A stretch of 64,000 nucleotides of DNA, from contig CBDHHL010000032.1 in the NCBI GenBank assembly GCA_965263355.1, positions 288,001 to 352,000 of the forward strand. The letters run 5' to 3'. Source of the stretch: Leptolyngbyaceae cyanobacterium (GTDB taxonomy: Bacteria > Cyanobacteriota > Cyanobacteriia > Phormidesmidales > Phormidesmidaceae). Positions 32,226-42,094 of the stretch are shown piece by piece; position 1 is the first letter of the stretch, and each line of letters opens with the position of its first letter. The notes beneath the pieces are model-generated. The model was not told the DNA's origin, ran no database searches, and was given only the letters and a program-made list of their open reading frames with translations. The position numbers were made by a program, and so were the translations under genes.

Positions 32226-32429
32226 ATGAGCTGGAAGCCTGGTCAATGGGTTGAGTGCCCTCAAACTCAAGAAAAAGGCAAAGTCATACCTCACACAGGT
32301 CCCTTGATTTGCATTTCTCTAGGAGATGGAATCACACTCTATGGTTCCTTAACCCTTCTAAAGCACCTGGGTTGGCAGCCTCTGCACCCCAATACTCATG
32401 GCTCAAATCAATCAGTTAAGGAAAACTAA
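32226..32429 (+). CDS. Small hypothetical protein (beta-barrel/SH3-like pattern)
   Basis: 67-aa ATG ORF, WKPGQWV...KGKV; directly upstream of a sigma gene. Confidence 0.5.
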   Translation: MSWKPGQWVECPQTQEKGKVIPHTGPLICISLGDGITLYGSLTLLKHLGWQPLHPNTHGSNQSVKEN

Positions 32430-32498
32430 AATCCCATTTCTCCTTTGAAAGACAGTGAAAGTAAAACGATCTCGGAATATAGATATTTTTTGGACAAC

Positions 32499-33458
32499 AT
32501 GACTACCGTCACATCTGATATAGATTCACTCAGTCTCTACTTTAAAGAAATCAGTCGGGTGCCTCTACTTACCTATGAACAAGAAGTCACCTATGGCAGA
32601 GCTGTACAGAAGCTGGTTAAGCTTGAAACTATTAAAGTTCAGCTTTTAGAGACCATCAACCGTGAACCTACTTTAGCTGAGTGGGCAGAGGTAGCCTATA
32701 TGTCTATAGAAGAACTAGAGGCAGCACTTAAAGCTGGACAGCAGGCGAAACAAAAGATGGTAACGGCTAACCTCAGGCTGGTGGTATCTATTGCTAAAAA
32801 ATACACCCACCAAAATGTTGACCTAATGGATCTCATTCAAGAAGGAACGATTGGGTTACAACGCGGTGTTGAAAAGTTTGATCCGTCTATGGGCTATCGA
32901 TTTTCAACCTATTCCTACTGGTGGATTCGGCAAGCTATAGCTCGCAAAGGCCCAGAAGCAAGCCGTGTCGTAAAACTCCCGGTTCATATCCACGAAAAAA
33001 TCAGCAAGATTAAAAAAGCTCAGCGACAACTCGCTCAGACACATGGACGACCAGCAACTTATTCAGAAATAGCCGAAGCTGTCAATATTTGCCCTGACAA
33101 GGTAAAGGACTATGTTGCCTATGCCAGGCGGCCTTTCTCTCTCAACGCATGTATAGGTAAAGACCAAAATACCGAGTTAGGTGAACTTATCGAGGATGAT
33201 GCTCCGTCTCCGGAGGACTTTCTCACCCAAGATTTGCTGCTATCAGATCTGCACAAAACGATTCAACAACTGACACCTGAGCAGCAAGAAGTGCTTTCAC
33301 TACGTTTTGGATTGAACGATGGTAAAGAAATATCATTCGCCAAGATTGGAGAACGATTGAATATTAGTCATCATCAGGCTCGAACAATTGAAAAAAAAGC
33401 TCTCAGATATTTACGTCAGCAGCATAGTAGTCTTCAGGACTATTTTGCGACTATGTAA
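32499..33458 (+). CDS. Group-2 RpoD-like sigma factor with divergent regions 2.4 and 4.2
   Basis: [45 protein letters not shown] 32499 preferred to TTG 32445. Confidence 0.92.
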   Translation: MTTVTSDIDSLSLYFKEISRVPLLTYEQEVTYGRAVQKLVKLETIKVQLLETINREPTLAEWAEVAYMSIEELEAALKAGQQAKQKMVTANLRLVVSIAKKYTHQNVDLMDLIQEGTIGLQRGVEKFDPSMGYRFSTYSYWWIRQAIARKGPEASRVVKLPVHIHEKISKIKKAQRQLAQTHGRPATYSEIAEAVNICPDKVKDYVAYARRPFSLNACIGKDQNTELGELIEDDAPSPEDFLTQDLLLSDLHKTIQQLTPEQQEVLSLRFGLNDGKEISFAKIGERLNISHHQARTIEKKALRYLRQQHSSLQDYFATM

Positions 33459-33473
33459 GTTTAATCAACAGCT

Positions 33474-33824
33474 CTAGGAGCCTGTGAAAAATCGATTATT
33501 TTCATGCTGAAAAAGTGGACGGCGATAGAAGGGGATGCAACGATGCCCTGGCTTTCTACCAACCTTCGGAGAAGATACTTTTTCAGAACGCCGTGCATGG
33601 GCAACCTTCAGTGTCCGTCCCATAAATTCGGCCCCATCTAATGCCTCAATAGCCCTCTCTTCCTGAGCAGAAGACTCCATTGTCATTAAGGCAAAGCCCC
33701 GAGGGCGATTTAACCTACGATACATAGGTAAGTTAATGCTGATCACCCGACCATAGACCCCAAAGGCTCTATCTAAGTCCTGTTTCCCTACATCGTAGGG
33801 TAGGTTTCCAACATAAACAGACAT
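33474..33824 (-). CDS. rbp: RRM RNA-binding protein, divergent paralog
   Basis: RNP2 VYVGNL, RNP1 RGFALM; basic C-terminal tail. Confidence 0.85.
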   Translation of the reverse strand: MSVYVGNLPYDVGKQDLDRAFGVYGRVISINLPMYRRLNRPRGFALMTMESSAQEERAIEALDGAEFMGRTLKVAHARRSEKVSSPKVGRKPGHRCIPFYRRPLFQHENNRFFTGS

Positions 33825-33882
33825 CACAATCCCTTAGACTCAACAATTCATCCGGATCTTGATCAAATCACAGATAAGTGAC

Positions 33883-33900
33883 ATCTATCTTTCGGTAGAT
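33883..33900 (-). promoter_or_regulatory. Island palindrome site plus -10
   Basis: Minus strand: TCTACC-GAAA-GATAGA, N22, CAAGAT. Confidence 0.7.
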
Positions 33901-33946
33901 TGTAGAACACATAATCAAGAAGAATTGTGACGAAGTGGCCTCTCCC

Positions 33947-34207
33947 CTAACCTTTTGCCGCAGCGCCACGAGGCTTTGCCTCATTGACTCTTAAGGTGCG
34001 TCCTACCCACTTAGCGCCATCTAGCGCTTCAATCGCGGCTTGTTCATCTGTTTTAGACGCTAATTCTACAAAGGCAAAGCCACGGGGACGACCGGTGTCA
34101 CGCTCCATTGGTAAAGTAACTCGATTAACTTCACCGTATTCACTGAAGACATCTTTTAAATCATGACGAGTGATCTCATAGGACAAATTACCAACATAAA
34201 TAGACAT
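33947..34207 (-). CDS. rbp: RRM RNA-binding protein (no Gly-rich tail)
   Basis: MSIYVGNLSY, RGFAFV, GRTLRVNEAKPR; GAGGAGG RBS. Confidence 0.94.
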   Translation of the reverse strand: MSIYVGNLSYEITRHDLKDVFSEYGEVNRVTLPMERDTGRPRGFAFVELASKTDEQAAIEALDGAKWVGRTLRVNEAKPRGAAAKG

Positions 34208-34280
34208 GCGGAAACCTCCTCAAAGCAATAACTAAGTTCATGGATTCATTCGGATCATGACCAAATCACAAAGGCTCCGC

Positions 34281-34298
34281 ATCTACCTTGAGATAGAA
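34281..34298 (-). promoter_or_regulatory. Island palindrome site plus -10
   Basis: Minus strand: TCTATC-TCAA-GGTAGA, N22, CATGAT. Confidence 0.7.
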
Positions 34299-34395
34299 AA
34301 ATAGAGGATAAATCCGCCTCCTAGGCACATGTTCTGAGAATGGCACCCCACTTTTCTTGTTCGATCTCCCTCATTATTGTCTGGGCTTGCTGTCA

Positions 34396-34439
34396 TCTAT
34401 CTAAGGATAGAGTTATTTGCTAGAACAACCTTTTATAAA
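34396..34439 (+). promoter_or_regulatory. Island palindrome site plus -10
   Basis: TCTATC-TAAG-GATAGA, N22, TATAAA. Confidence 0.6.
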
Positions 34440-34440
34440 C

Positions 34441-34512
34441 AAGGAAGGGGAATCGGCACTAGGCTCCTCGGTCGATTCCCCTTCTTTCATAGTCAGGAGT
34501 ATTCAGGAGCTA
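34441..34512 (+). ncRNA. Candidate structured RNA (or minus-strand terminator of the NarL gene)
   Basis: 17-bp stem with G-U pairs (34441-57 / 34471-87); loop GCTCCT is complementary to downstream AGGAG(C) copies. Confidence 0.35.
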
Positions 34513-34671
34513 ACTGCAGTAAAATATTCATGAAGTTATTTGTTGATTTTCCTCGTTATACTCTTTTGTTGTTTCATCCTCTAAATCAGCAGTTGCAAAC
34601 ATCACAACTCATAGTTAGTGCGTTAAAGCTCAAGTATTCTGCGATGGTTTTATGCAAAGTTTGATGGATAA

Positions 34672-35376
34672 TTAGTCAACTAACCCAGCTCGTAACGCCC
34701 TGACAGCAGCCTGAGTTCGGTCATTTGCCCCCAACTTATTGAGAATATTGCGGACATGGGTTTTGACCGTCCCTACAGTGACGTAAAGCTGGTCAGAAAT
34801 CTCGGCATTGCTGCAGCCAGCTACAATTAGCTCCAAAATTTCTAACTCTCGGTCAGTCAACGGATAGGCTTCTAGTATTTGTTCATAGTTGGGATCAACT
34901 GCACGAATTTCAACGGTGTTTTCGTCAAAATTAACAGCTGTATTCAAAGGTTGCTTCACCCTTGAAAGAACTATACTGGCAATAGCTGGAGCAATCCAAG
35001 CATTACCTTGATAGGTTTCCTGCACAGCCTGAATTAAATTGTCACTCTCAATGTCCTTCGTGCAGTAAGAATCAGCTCCCGCAGAAAAAGCTGCCAGAAC
35101 AGCTTTTTCATCGTCATGCATAGTCAGCATCAGTAACCGAGTTTCGGCCTCTGGTTGCTGCGCTTTAAAGTGCTGAATCAGCTCAATCCCGTCCATATCG
35201 GGTAAACCAATATCCACCAGTGCGATATCGGGGTGTTGGTCCATCAACAGGTTCAATCCTTGCTTACCATTGGCAGCTTCTCCAACAATCTTGAAACCAG
35301 CTTGCCCCAGGGTTGCCCTCAGACCCATCCGCGTTAATTTATGGTCTTCAATCAGGACAAGGCGAATATCGCTCAT
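34672..35376 (-). CDS. NarL/LuxR-family DNA-binding response regulator
   Basis: REC (EDH, VDIGLP, LT, K) plus LuxR HTH LTDRELEIL...TVKTHVRNILNKL. Confidence 0.95.
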   Translation of the reverse strand: MSDIRLVLIEDHKLTRMGLRATLGQAGFKIVGEAANGKQGLNLLMDQHPDIALVDIGLPDMDGIELIQHFKAQQPEAETRLLMLTMHDDEKAVLAAFSAGADSYCTKDIESDNLIQAVQETYQGNAWIAPAIASIVLSRVKQPLNTAVNFDENTVEIRAVDPNYEQILEAYPLTDRELEILELIVAGCSNAEISDQLYVTVGTVKTHVRNILNKLGANDRTQAAVRALRAGLVD

Positions 35377-35545
35377 AGTTTACTTTTTGCTCAGGTACCA
35401 GATCTAAATGTTAGGTTTAGGGCCTACCCATATGGGTATGAATAAGGTGTTTACGATCTTATATTGCTCGTCTCTAATTGCGTAACTCTGGGCTGTGGAT
35501 AATTACAATGTTGCCCCAGCCGATTAGCCAGCTAATTAGGAGTGT

Positions 35546-37891
35546 ATGTCTTTGACACAGCCATTAACGTATCTAGAACTGGAGCGTTTTTTCTCACTCT
35601 CGTCCAATTTATTAGCAATTGTTGATGAGGATGGCTCCTTTCAACGGGTTAACCCTGCGTTTGAGCAGATACTTGGCTATCGTCCATCAGATCTGATTAA
35701 CCAGTCCTTAATAGACTTTATCCACAGTGACGACCAGGCCGCTATCACAGCAGACATGGCTCGATGGGCTGAGGGTGAACGCATCACTGAATTTCGGGCT
35801 CGATATCGCTGTCAGGATGGAAGGTGGAAATGGTTAGAGTGGACTATCAGGCCCTTTCGGGAGTCAGAAAACCAACCAACGGTGTTCTACTGCATTGCGC
35901 GAGATGTGACTGAGCGGCACCAAATTGCGCATGCCTTACGAGAAAATGAGCAACGCTTCCAGGCGATTTTTAATCAAACCTATCAATTGATTGGATTGCT
36001 GACACCTGACGGTAAAGTGCTCGAAATGAATGAGACTGGGCTGACATTTGGCGGCTTTTCAACCGATGATGTACTGGGTAAGCCGTTTTGGGAAATGCCC
36101 TGGTGGCAGATTTCAGACCAGACACAGCAAGATCTTAAAGCTGCGATCGCAAAAGCTGCTAACGGTGAATTCATCCGCTACGAGGTAGACGTTCTGGATG
36201 CAAATCGCCAGGTGGCCACCCTGGACTTTTCCCTCAAACCCCTGCGAGATAAAACCGGTGAGATTACTCTGCTGATCCCCGAAGGCCGCAACATCACTGA
36301 ACGCAAAGCGGCAGAAGCTAAAATTCGTCAGCTCAATAGTGAGCTAGAAGCACGGGTCGCCCAACGGACAGCTGAAATTCAGCAGTATGTAGATGCTATC
36401 GAAAATATGCAGGATGGCTTTTATCTGTGGCAGCTAGAAAATCCCGCCGATGCCCTCAGTTTTCGGCTGCTGCTGGCGAATCCTGCCGCTGAACAGCTCT
36501 GTGCTGTCCCCAACGAACACGTATTAGGGCAACCCATGGCCGTTGGGTTTCCAAGGATGGTGAATAGCGACTTACCTGACATCTATCGACAGGTGGTCCT
36601 CACACAACAGGAACGGGATTTAGGTAATATCGGCCATGTTCTGCCCACGGGTGAGACTCGCATATTTACCAGTAAGCTATTTCCCCTAGCAGAGCAGTGT
36701 TTGGGGGTATTGTTTGAAGATGTGACGGAACGTCGCCATATTCAGCAGCAGCTCAGCGAACAGCGGGAACAGCTCAAGATCATCTTTGAAAATGCGGGGT
36801 TAGGCATTGCCCGGTTATCATTAGAAGGTCGCTGGTTGAAAGTGAATGAAAAGCTCTGTGAAATTTTGGGCTATTCCCAAGTAGAACTCCTGCAGACCAC
36901 TCGTCAAGACCTGATTCATCCAGCCGATGCCATTGCCAGTCAAGCCTACTATGAGGCACTGCTATCAGGGCAATTAGAAACCACATCCCTTGAGCAGCGC
37001 TATCTCCGCAAAGATGGCACATCGATTTGGTGTCGTGTCACTGCCTCTTTGATCCAAGACGAGCAGCAACAACCCCGCTATTTTATTGCGTTCATCGAAG
37101 ATATCACCGAGCGCAAAGCCGCCGAACTCACGCTGCAACGCCAGAAGAATGAACTGACCAAAACCATGACCAAGCTTGAGAGTCGTAATCGCGAGCTGGA
37201 TCAGTTTGCCTATGTGGCCTCCCATGACCTGAAAGCACCGTTGCGTGCGATCTCAAATCTAGCCACCTGGTTAGAGGATGATGTTGGCGAGCAGCTACCC
37301 TCAGAAAATCAGCGGCAACTAACGTTACTCATAGGGCGCGTGCATCGGATGGAAAAACTTATCGATGGTCTGCTGGCCTATTCACGAGCAGGACGTGGTA
37401 ATCAAACCATTGATACCGTTAATCTCCATCAGTTGCTCAAGGAGCAAATTGACCTGCTAGCACCGCCCCCTACATTCATCATTGACCTTGCGGACGACTT
37501 ACCCACATTCACCACCAACCGTATCCCCCTCATCCAGGTATTCACCAACCTAATTAGCAACGCCATCAAACATCACCATCGCACCGATGGTTCTATTCAG
37601 ATTCGCTGGCAGCCTAGCGGTGATAATTTCTATGAGTTTTCGGTGACCGACGATGGGCCTGGGATTGACCCAACGTATCAAGGTAAAATCTTCGATATGT
37701 TCCAAGTTTTGGAGGCCCGAGATATCGTTGAGAATACGGGCATTGGCCTGGCCATTGTCAAAAAAACTGTCGAGGCAGAAGGCGGCGAAGTTTTTGTAGA
37801 CTCCCAGGTTGGTCAGGGCACAACCTTTCGCTTTACCTGGCCCCAAACCGTTGAGCTATCCCATGAAGCATCTAAGCAGCCTGCAAGTTAA
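35546..37891 (+). CDS. Multi-PAS histidine kinase (Cph1-type HisKA)
   Basis: About four PAS domains; FAYVASHDLKAPLR; NLISNAIK; DDGPGI; TGIGL. Confidence 0.94.
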   Translation: MSLTQPLTYLELERFFSLSSNLLAIVDEDGSFQRVNPAFEQILGYRPSDLINQSLIDFIHSDDQAAITADMARWAEGERITEFRARYRCQDGRWKWLEWTIRPFRESENQPTVFYCIARDVTERHQIAHALRENEQRFQAIFNQTYQLIGLLTPDGKVLEMNETGLTFGGFSTDDVLGKPFWEMPWWQISDQTQQDLKAAIAKAANGEFIRYEVDVLDANRQVATLDFSLKPLRDKTGEITLLIPEGRNITERKAAEAKIRQLNSELEARVAQRTAEIQQYVDAIENMQDGFYLWQLENPADALSFRLLLANPAAEQLCAVPNEHVLGQPMAVGFPRMVNSDLPDIYRQVVLTQQERDLGNIGHVLPTGETRIFTSKLFPLAEQCLGVLFEDVTERRHIQQQLSEQREQLKIIFENAGLGIARLSLEGRWLKVNEKLCEILGYSQVELLQTTRQDLIHPADAIASQAYYEALLSGQLETTSLEQRYLRKDGTSIWCRVTASLIQDEQQQPRYFIAFIEDITERKAAELTLQRQKNELTKTMTKLESRNRELDQFAYVASHDLKAPLRAISNLATWLEDDVGEQLPSENQRQLTLLIGRVHRMEKLIDGLLAYSRAGRGNQTIDTVNLHQLLKEQIDLLAPPPTFIIDLADDLPTFTTNRIPLIQVFTNLISNAIKHHHRTDGSIQIRWQPSGDNFYEFSVTDDGPGIDPTYQGKIFDMFQVLEARDIVENTGIGLAIVKKTVEAEGGEVFVDSQVGQGTTFRFTWPQTVELSHEASKQPAS

Positions 37892-38076
37892 TCTTCCTTT
37901 GCAAACTAGACATAATCCAGCCTCACAGGAGAAATCTCTATCTAGAGAAAGAAACGGATACCTATCTCAAGAATAAGGACATCATGGCAGACTTAGACAT
38001 ATGCTAAAACCATCTAGAAATGTCAACAACCATTCCCTGCAGTTAGCCTCCATTACTAAACCATGTCACTGGAACA

Positions 38077-38499
38077 ATGACTCCCAAAGCGATTAACATT
38101 CTGCTGATCGAAGACGATGAAGTGGATGTGATGACTGTCCAGCGGGCTTTCGAAAAAAGCAACGTGGCAAGTCCACTTTACGTTGCCAGTAATGGTTTAG
38201 AAGCCCTAGCTAAACTGCGTTCAGCCGAGAGTGAAATACCGACCTCCCGTCGCCTTATTCTTTTAGATCTCAATATGCCCAAAATAAATGGGATTGAGTT
38301 TCTTAAAGAGCTGCGTCAAGACCCTCTCCTGCAACATATCCCAGTTATTGTCTTAACCACCTCTGCCGAAGAAAAAGATCGAGTGGAAGCGTATAATCTC
38401 CATGTGGCTGGCTACATTGTTAAACCAGTAACGTTTCATAAATTTATTGAGGTGATAGAAGCCCTGAATCAATATTGGATGCTCTGTGAGTTTCCCTAA
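38077..38499 (+). CDS. Rcp1-like single-domain response regulator
   Basis: EDD, LLDLNMP, LTTS, KP, C-terminal YW. Confidence 0.93.
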   Translation: MTPKAINILLIEDDEVDVMTVQRAFEKSNVASPLYVASNGLEALAKLRSAESEIPTSRRLILLDLNMPKINGIEFLKELRQDPLLQHIPVIVLTTSAEEKDRVEAYNLHVAGYIVKPVTFHKFIEVIEALNQYWMLCEFP

Positions 38500-39716
38500 T
38501 GAGTACTATAGATGAACCCCTTAGACTTTTAGTGGTCGATGACGATGACGTGGACAAGATGGCCCTACGTCGTGCATTAAAACGCTCGGCACTGCAGTTT
38601 GAACTGCGCGAGGCTAACAATGCCAGGACAGGTGCTGCATTGCTTGAGTCTGAGGCCTTTGATTGTGCTTTTTTAGATTATCAACTACCCGGAGGAGATG
38701 GTCTTACTCTAGTGAAAGGGCTCCGAAACTCTGGTGTAAAAACACCTCTTATTGCCTTAACAGGACAGGGTGATGAGGAAACGGCTGTTAACCTGATGAA
38801 AGCCGGAGTCTCCGACTATTTACCAAAGGCAAAACTCTCCAGTGAAGTTGTAGAAAGAGCGATCCAAAACGCCATTCGTATTCATAAGGCTGAGCAGGAA
38901 GCTGAGCTGGCAAATCAGCGATTGAGGGAAACCAACGCCCTGCTCAGACAACAAAATCAAGAACTGGAACAACAGCGAGAACAAATTTATCGGAAAAATC
39001 TACAACGGGAGGACTTTATCGCTCGCCTCACCCATGATCTAAGAACGCCACTGGTAGCAACGAATCGTGTACTGGAGCATTGCCTGCAGGGTACCTTTGG
39101 TGAGATTGCTGACGATGCTCAAGATGCATTAACAAACATTGCCTCAAACAATCGTAACTTGCTAGCGATGGTCAATACATTGTTAGAGGTCTATCGACAT
39201 GATGTTGGTCGTAAACAGCTAGCCCTATCTAAGGTTTCGTTGCGATCGCTCTGCGAAGACATTGTCCAGACGCTGATGCCACTGGCCCAGGCTAAAGGAC
39301 TTGAGATGAGACTAGATATCACTGAACCCGATCATTACTCTGCCTCAAACAGTGCTCAAAACGCTTATACCCTCCAAGGAGATCGCCTGGAGCTAAGACG
39401 CTTAGTGACTAATTTGGTCGGCAATGCCATCAAATTTACAGATAGCGGCCATGTTGTTGTGCGATTGCGATCGCACAACAATATGGCCGCTAAAACCCTC
39501 ATTCTTGAGGTAGAAGATACAGGACCTGGTATTCCTGAAGCCGATCAGCATCAAATTTTTGACAGGTTTCGGCAAGGTGATCATATGCGTTCTGGCAGTG
39601 GCCTAGGACTTCATCTGGCGCAACGCATTGCCCAGCTCCATGGTGGAGAGATCACATTCAATTCAACTCTGGGAAAGGGGAGTGTTTTTACACTGACGCT
39701 TCCGATAGTGAGATAG
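38499..39716 (+). CDS. Hybrid REC-histidine kinase
   Basis: N-terminal REC (LDYQLP); THDLRTPL; NLVGNAIKF; GSGLGL; TAATG coupling with the RR. Confidence 0.93.
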   Translation: MSTIDEPLRLLVVDDDDVDKMALRRALKRSALQFELREANNARTGAALLESEAFDCAFLDYQLPGGDGLTLVKGLRNSGVKTPLIALTGQGDEETAVNLMKAGVSDYLPKAKLSSEVVERAIQNAIRIHKAEQEAELANQRLRETNALLRQQNQELEQQREQIYRKNLQREDFIARLTHDLRTPLVATNRVLEHCLQGTFGEIADDAQDALTNIASNNRNLLAMVNTLLEVYRHDVGRKQLALSKVSLRSLCEDIVQTLMPLAQAKGLEMRLDITEPDHYSASNSAQNAYTLQGDRLELRRLVTNLVGNAIKFTDSGHVVVRLRSHNNMAAKTLILEVEDTGPGIPEADQHQIFDRFRQGDHMRSGSGLGLHLAQRIAQLHGGEITFNSTLGKGSVFTLTLPIVR

Positions 39717-40448
39717 TCACTCAGGGATCACTTTTTCAAAGGCAAAAAACTTTTTATTATCTAGCATACCTAAGGGCTTGAAACCCGCACTTGCCATCAT
39801 ATCTAGAAAAATCGAAGAGCTGTAAAAGCCTAACGTGATAACTTCTTCAGCAAGAGTATGCTTACCTTCTTTAAAACAGTAATGTTTTTCAATCGAAAAG
39901 TGTTCTGACGTACCTTTATGTTTTCCTATTGCTTGGGAATAGACAATCCCATTTTCTAATTCGAGGTCTCGATCCTCATGCGGTGGATGGACACTTAACA
40001 GCAACATCCCCCCAGGTTTAAGGTGACTCGCAACGCTTTGCAGTCCTCGAACATCATTTTCTTGGTTGAAAAGATGAGTCCCTAAAAGTAATTCATCCCC
40101 TGATTGGATAATCACCCAGACGCCCCCAGATGAAATCGCAACTTCAAATGTCCGCCCAAGATCCATTGTTGCAACATCACATTCTACGAGTGAAACATGA
40201 TCGGGTAGCCGCTTTTTCGCGATATCTACCATTGCTCGACTAAAATCTATACCCACCAAATCATAGTCAGGATTAACCTTAAGTAATTCCTGCAATAACA
40301 GACCTGTACCAACACCAAGCTCAAGCAGAGTTGTTCTTTGCCCAATTGCTGAATGCACAATTTTAGCTAGAAAGCTGTGATCATAATACCCTCCATCCAT
40401 CAACAAGTCATAATACGTAGCAATCTCTTGATAATGACTCACAACCAT
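39717..40448 (-). CDS. Class I SAM-dependent methyltransferase
   Basis: LLELGVGTG, GIDFS..M, HLKPGG. Confidence 0.9.
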   Translation of the reverse strand: MVVSHYQEIATYYDLLMDGGYYDHSFLAKIVHSAIGQRTTLLELGVGTGLLLQELLKVNPDYDLVGIDFSRAMVDIAKKRLPDHVSLVECDVATMDLGRTFEVAISSGGVWVIIQSGDELLLGTHLFNQENDVRGLQSVASHLKPGGMLLLSVHPPHEDRDLELENGIVYSQAIGKHKGTSEHFSIEKHYCFKEGKHTLAEEVITLGFYSSSIFLDMMASAGFKPLGMLDNKKFFAFEKVIPE

Positions 40449-41327
40449 AAAAAACTCCTATTTATCTTGTCAAACTTATCTAATCAAAGCTCTAAGCCAT
40501 GCATTCTTATTGCATAGGGCTTGGCCATATCCAAACCAGTTTTCGTCTGGGGGGAACTACAGCTTTCAAGTTGAACGGGACTTATTATTGCCGTCATTGT
40601 CATCGCTGCCACAATTCTAAACCCATACCTAGATTGAAAACTGGCGTTATTTCGCTTAAAAACAACAGTTCCACGAGATAAAGAAAGCACATCACAGAAT
40701 TAATTACCGAAAAAACTGCTTTAGAGCAGGGATTCAACCTGACTAGGATGTAACTAATTTTGAAGAACTATTCAGCTTATTTCAGGCTAACATCTTGCAC
40801 ACTATACCAGCAAACGAACCTAAATTCGACGATAACCCGAGAAATCCTGTGTAATAGAATACAAAATCTATCCTAACTAAAAATTGGTGTAAATGCCCTC
40901 GGTACTTAGCAACAGCTACCTTTGCACGGTAGAAATATTCTCATATCTATGAATACAAAGATTGTTCGCTGAATGCCTTTCAATACAAAGAAGTGTTAAA
41001 ACGTTTTTTTGCACTTCCCCCAGAAAAGGTTCAAGCCACAACGAGACAGGGGAGTCTGGTACTGGCTCCGTATAATCATAAAAATGGCTGCAATAATTAC
41101 AGAGAAAGGGTTTCAGTGATTCTCTCTCAAAAAGGCTGTAATCCTTGCATTAGCTATAATCCTTGTCTAATAAGCATTTTGACCGAATCATCTCATTAGG
41201 TAGAACCAGTACCAGCGTGTTTCTTCGAACATGAAAACAACTAAATTTTAGGTCTTTCATGCCTTTCAGAGCAGACTTTGTTGAGCAAACATGTGACATC
41301 ATGTCCCCCAAAAACATACATATTCAC

Positions 41328-41684
41328 TCATACATAGGCGCTGATGCAGGCCAACAGATGATTAAAGGGAAAGGGTTTAGTAATATATTCGTCAGCCCCC
41401 AAGCATAGGACTTGCTCACGCTCATGAGCATCACCTAGAGCTGTCATGGTAATCACAGGCGTCTGTATCCCCTGAGCACGAATTGCGTTGAGAAGCAACA
41501 CACCATCTAGATTATACAACATCAAATCTAACAAAATAAGATCAAATTTTATTGAAAAGATAAAGGATAGGGCTTGCGCTCCATCTACTGCCAGCACTTG
41601 ATAACCCGCATTTTCAAATCCTTTTGACATAAAGACCACAGCTTCAGGCTCATCCTCAACAATCAGAATAGTTGGCACAGTCAC
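41328..41684 (-). CDS. Single-domain response regulator
   Basis: ILIVEDE, LLDLML, MTA, KPF. Start reassigned to GTG 41684 (or 41678). Confidence 0.85.
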   Translation of the reverse strand: MTVPTILIVEDEPEAVVFMSKGFENAGYQVLAVDGAQALSFIFSIKFDLILLDLMLYNLDGVLLLNAIRAQGIQTPVITMTALGDAHEREQVLCLGADEYITKPFPFNHLLACISAYV

Positions 41685-41763
41685 AATTTTGAGTAATGTT
41701 GAATAAGCTTTATCAATAGCCTTATCGATAATCAGATTTACCATATATAGGTGCTGCCAAACC

Positions 41764-41848
41764 AACATCTACCTTTGGGTAGATGTTAAATTTACCCTTA
41801 TGAACATCTACCCTTGGTTAGATATCAATATCTAACCAAGGGTAGATG
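41764..41848. promoter_or_regulatory. Triple palindrome array in the divergent RR/slyD promoter
   Basis: AACATCTACC-TTTG-GGTAGATGTT, then two sites forming a perfect 21-bp inverted repeat; minus-strand TATGGT at N22, plus-strand TAGGTT at N23. Confidence 0.75.
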
Positions 41849-42094
41849 ATTTAATATCAAGACTTATTCTAGGTTAGAAAAGATGCCCCTGCTTTGTGGA
41901 AGCGTGGAAAAGTTCTACTAACATTAATTATCTCTAAATCTTACAGCTCCAGGAATGATACGGGTGTTCTAAATCCAGATTCCTATTGCACAATTTTCTT
42001 CGCCACAACAGCCAACTATCAGTTGAGATTATCTCAGCCTTTATCCCTGTTTAACTGTTTTTTGTTTTTGCAGTCGCAATAATAGGAGAATCCT

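Noticed and set aside
34377..34664. 95-aa (or 44-aa from ATG 34529) ORF
   Set aside because: Spans the operator and hairpin; the AGGAG is too far from the ATG; no recognisable motif.
41764..41880. CRISPR-like repeat array
   Set aside because: Only three short copies with irregular spacing and mixed orientation, no spacer-length gaps, no cas genes.
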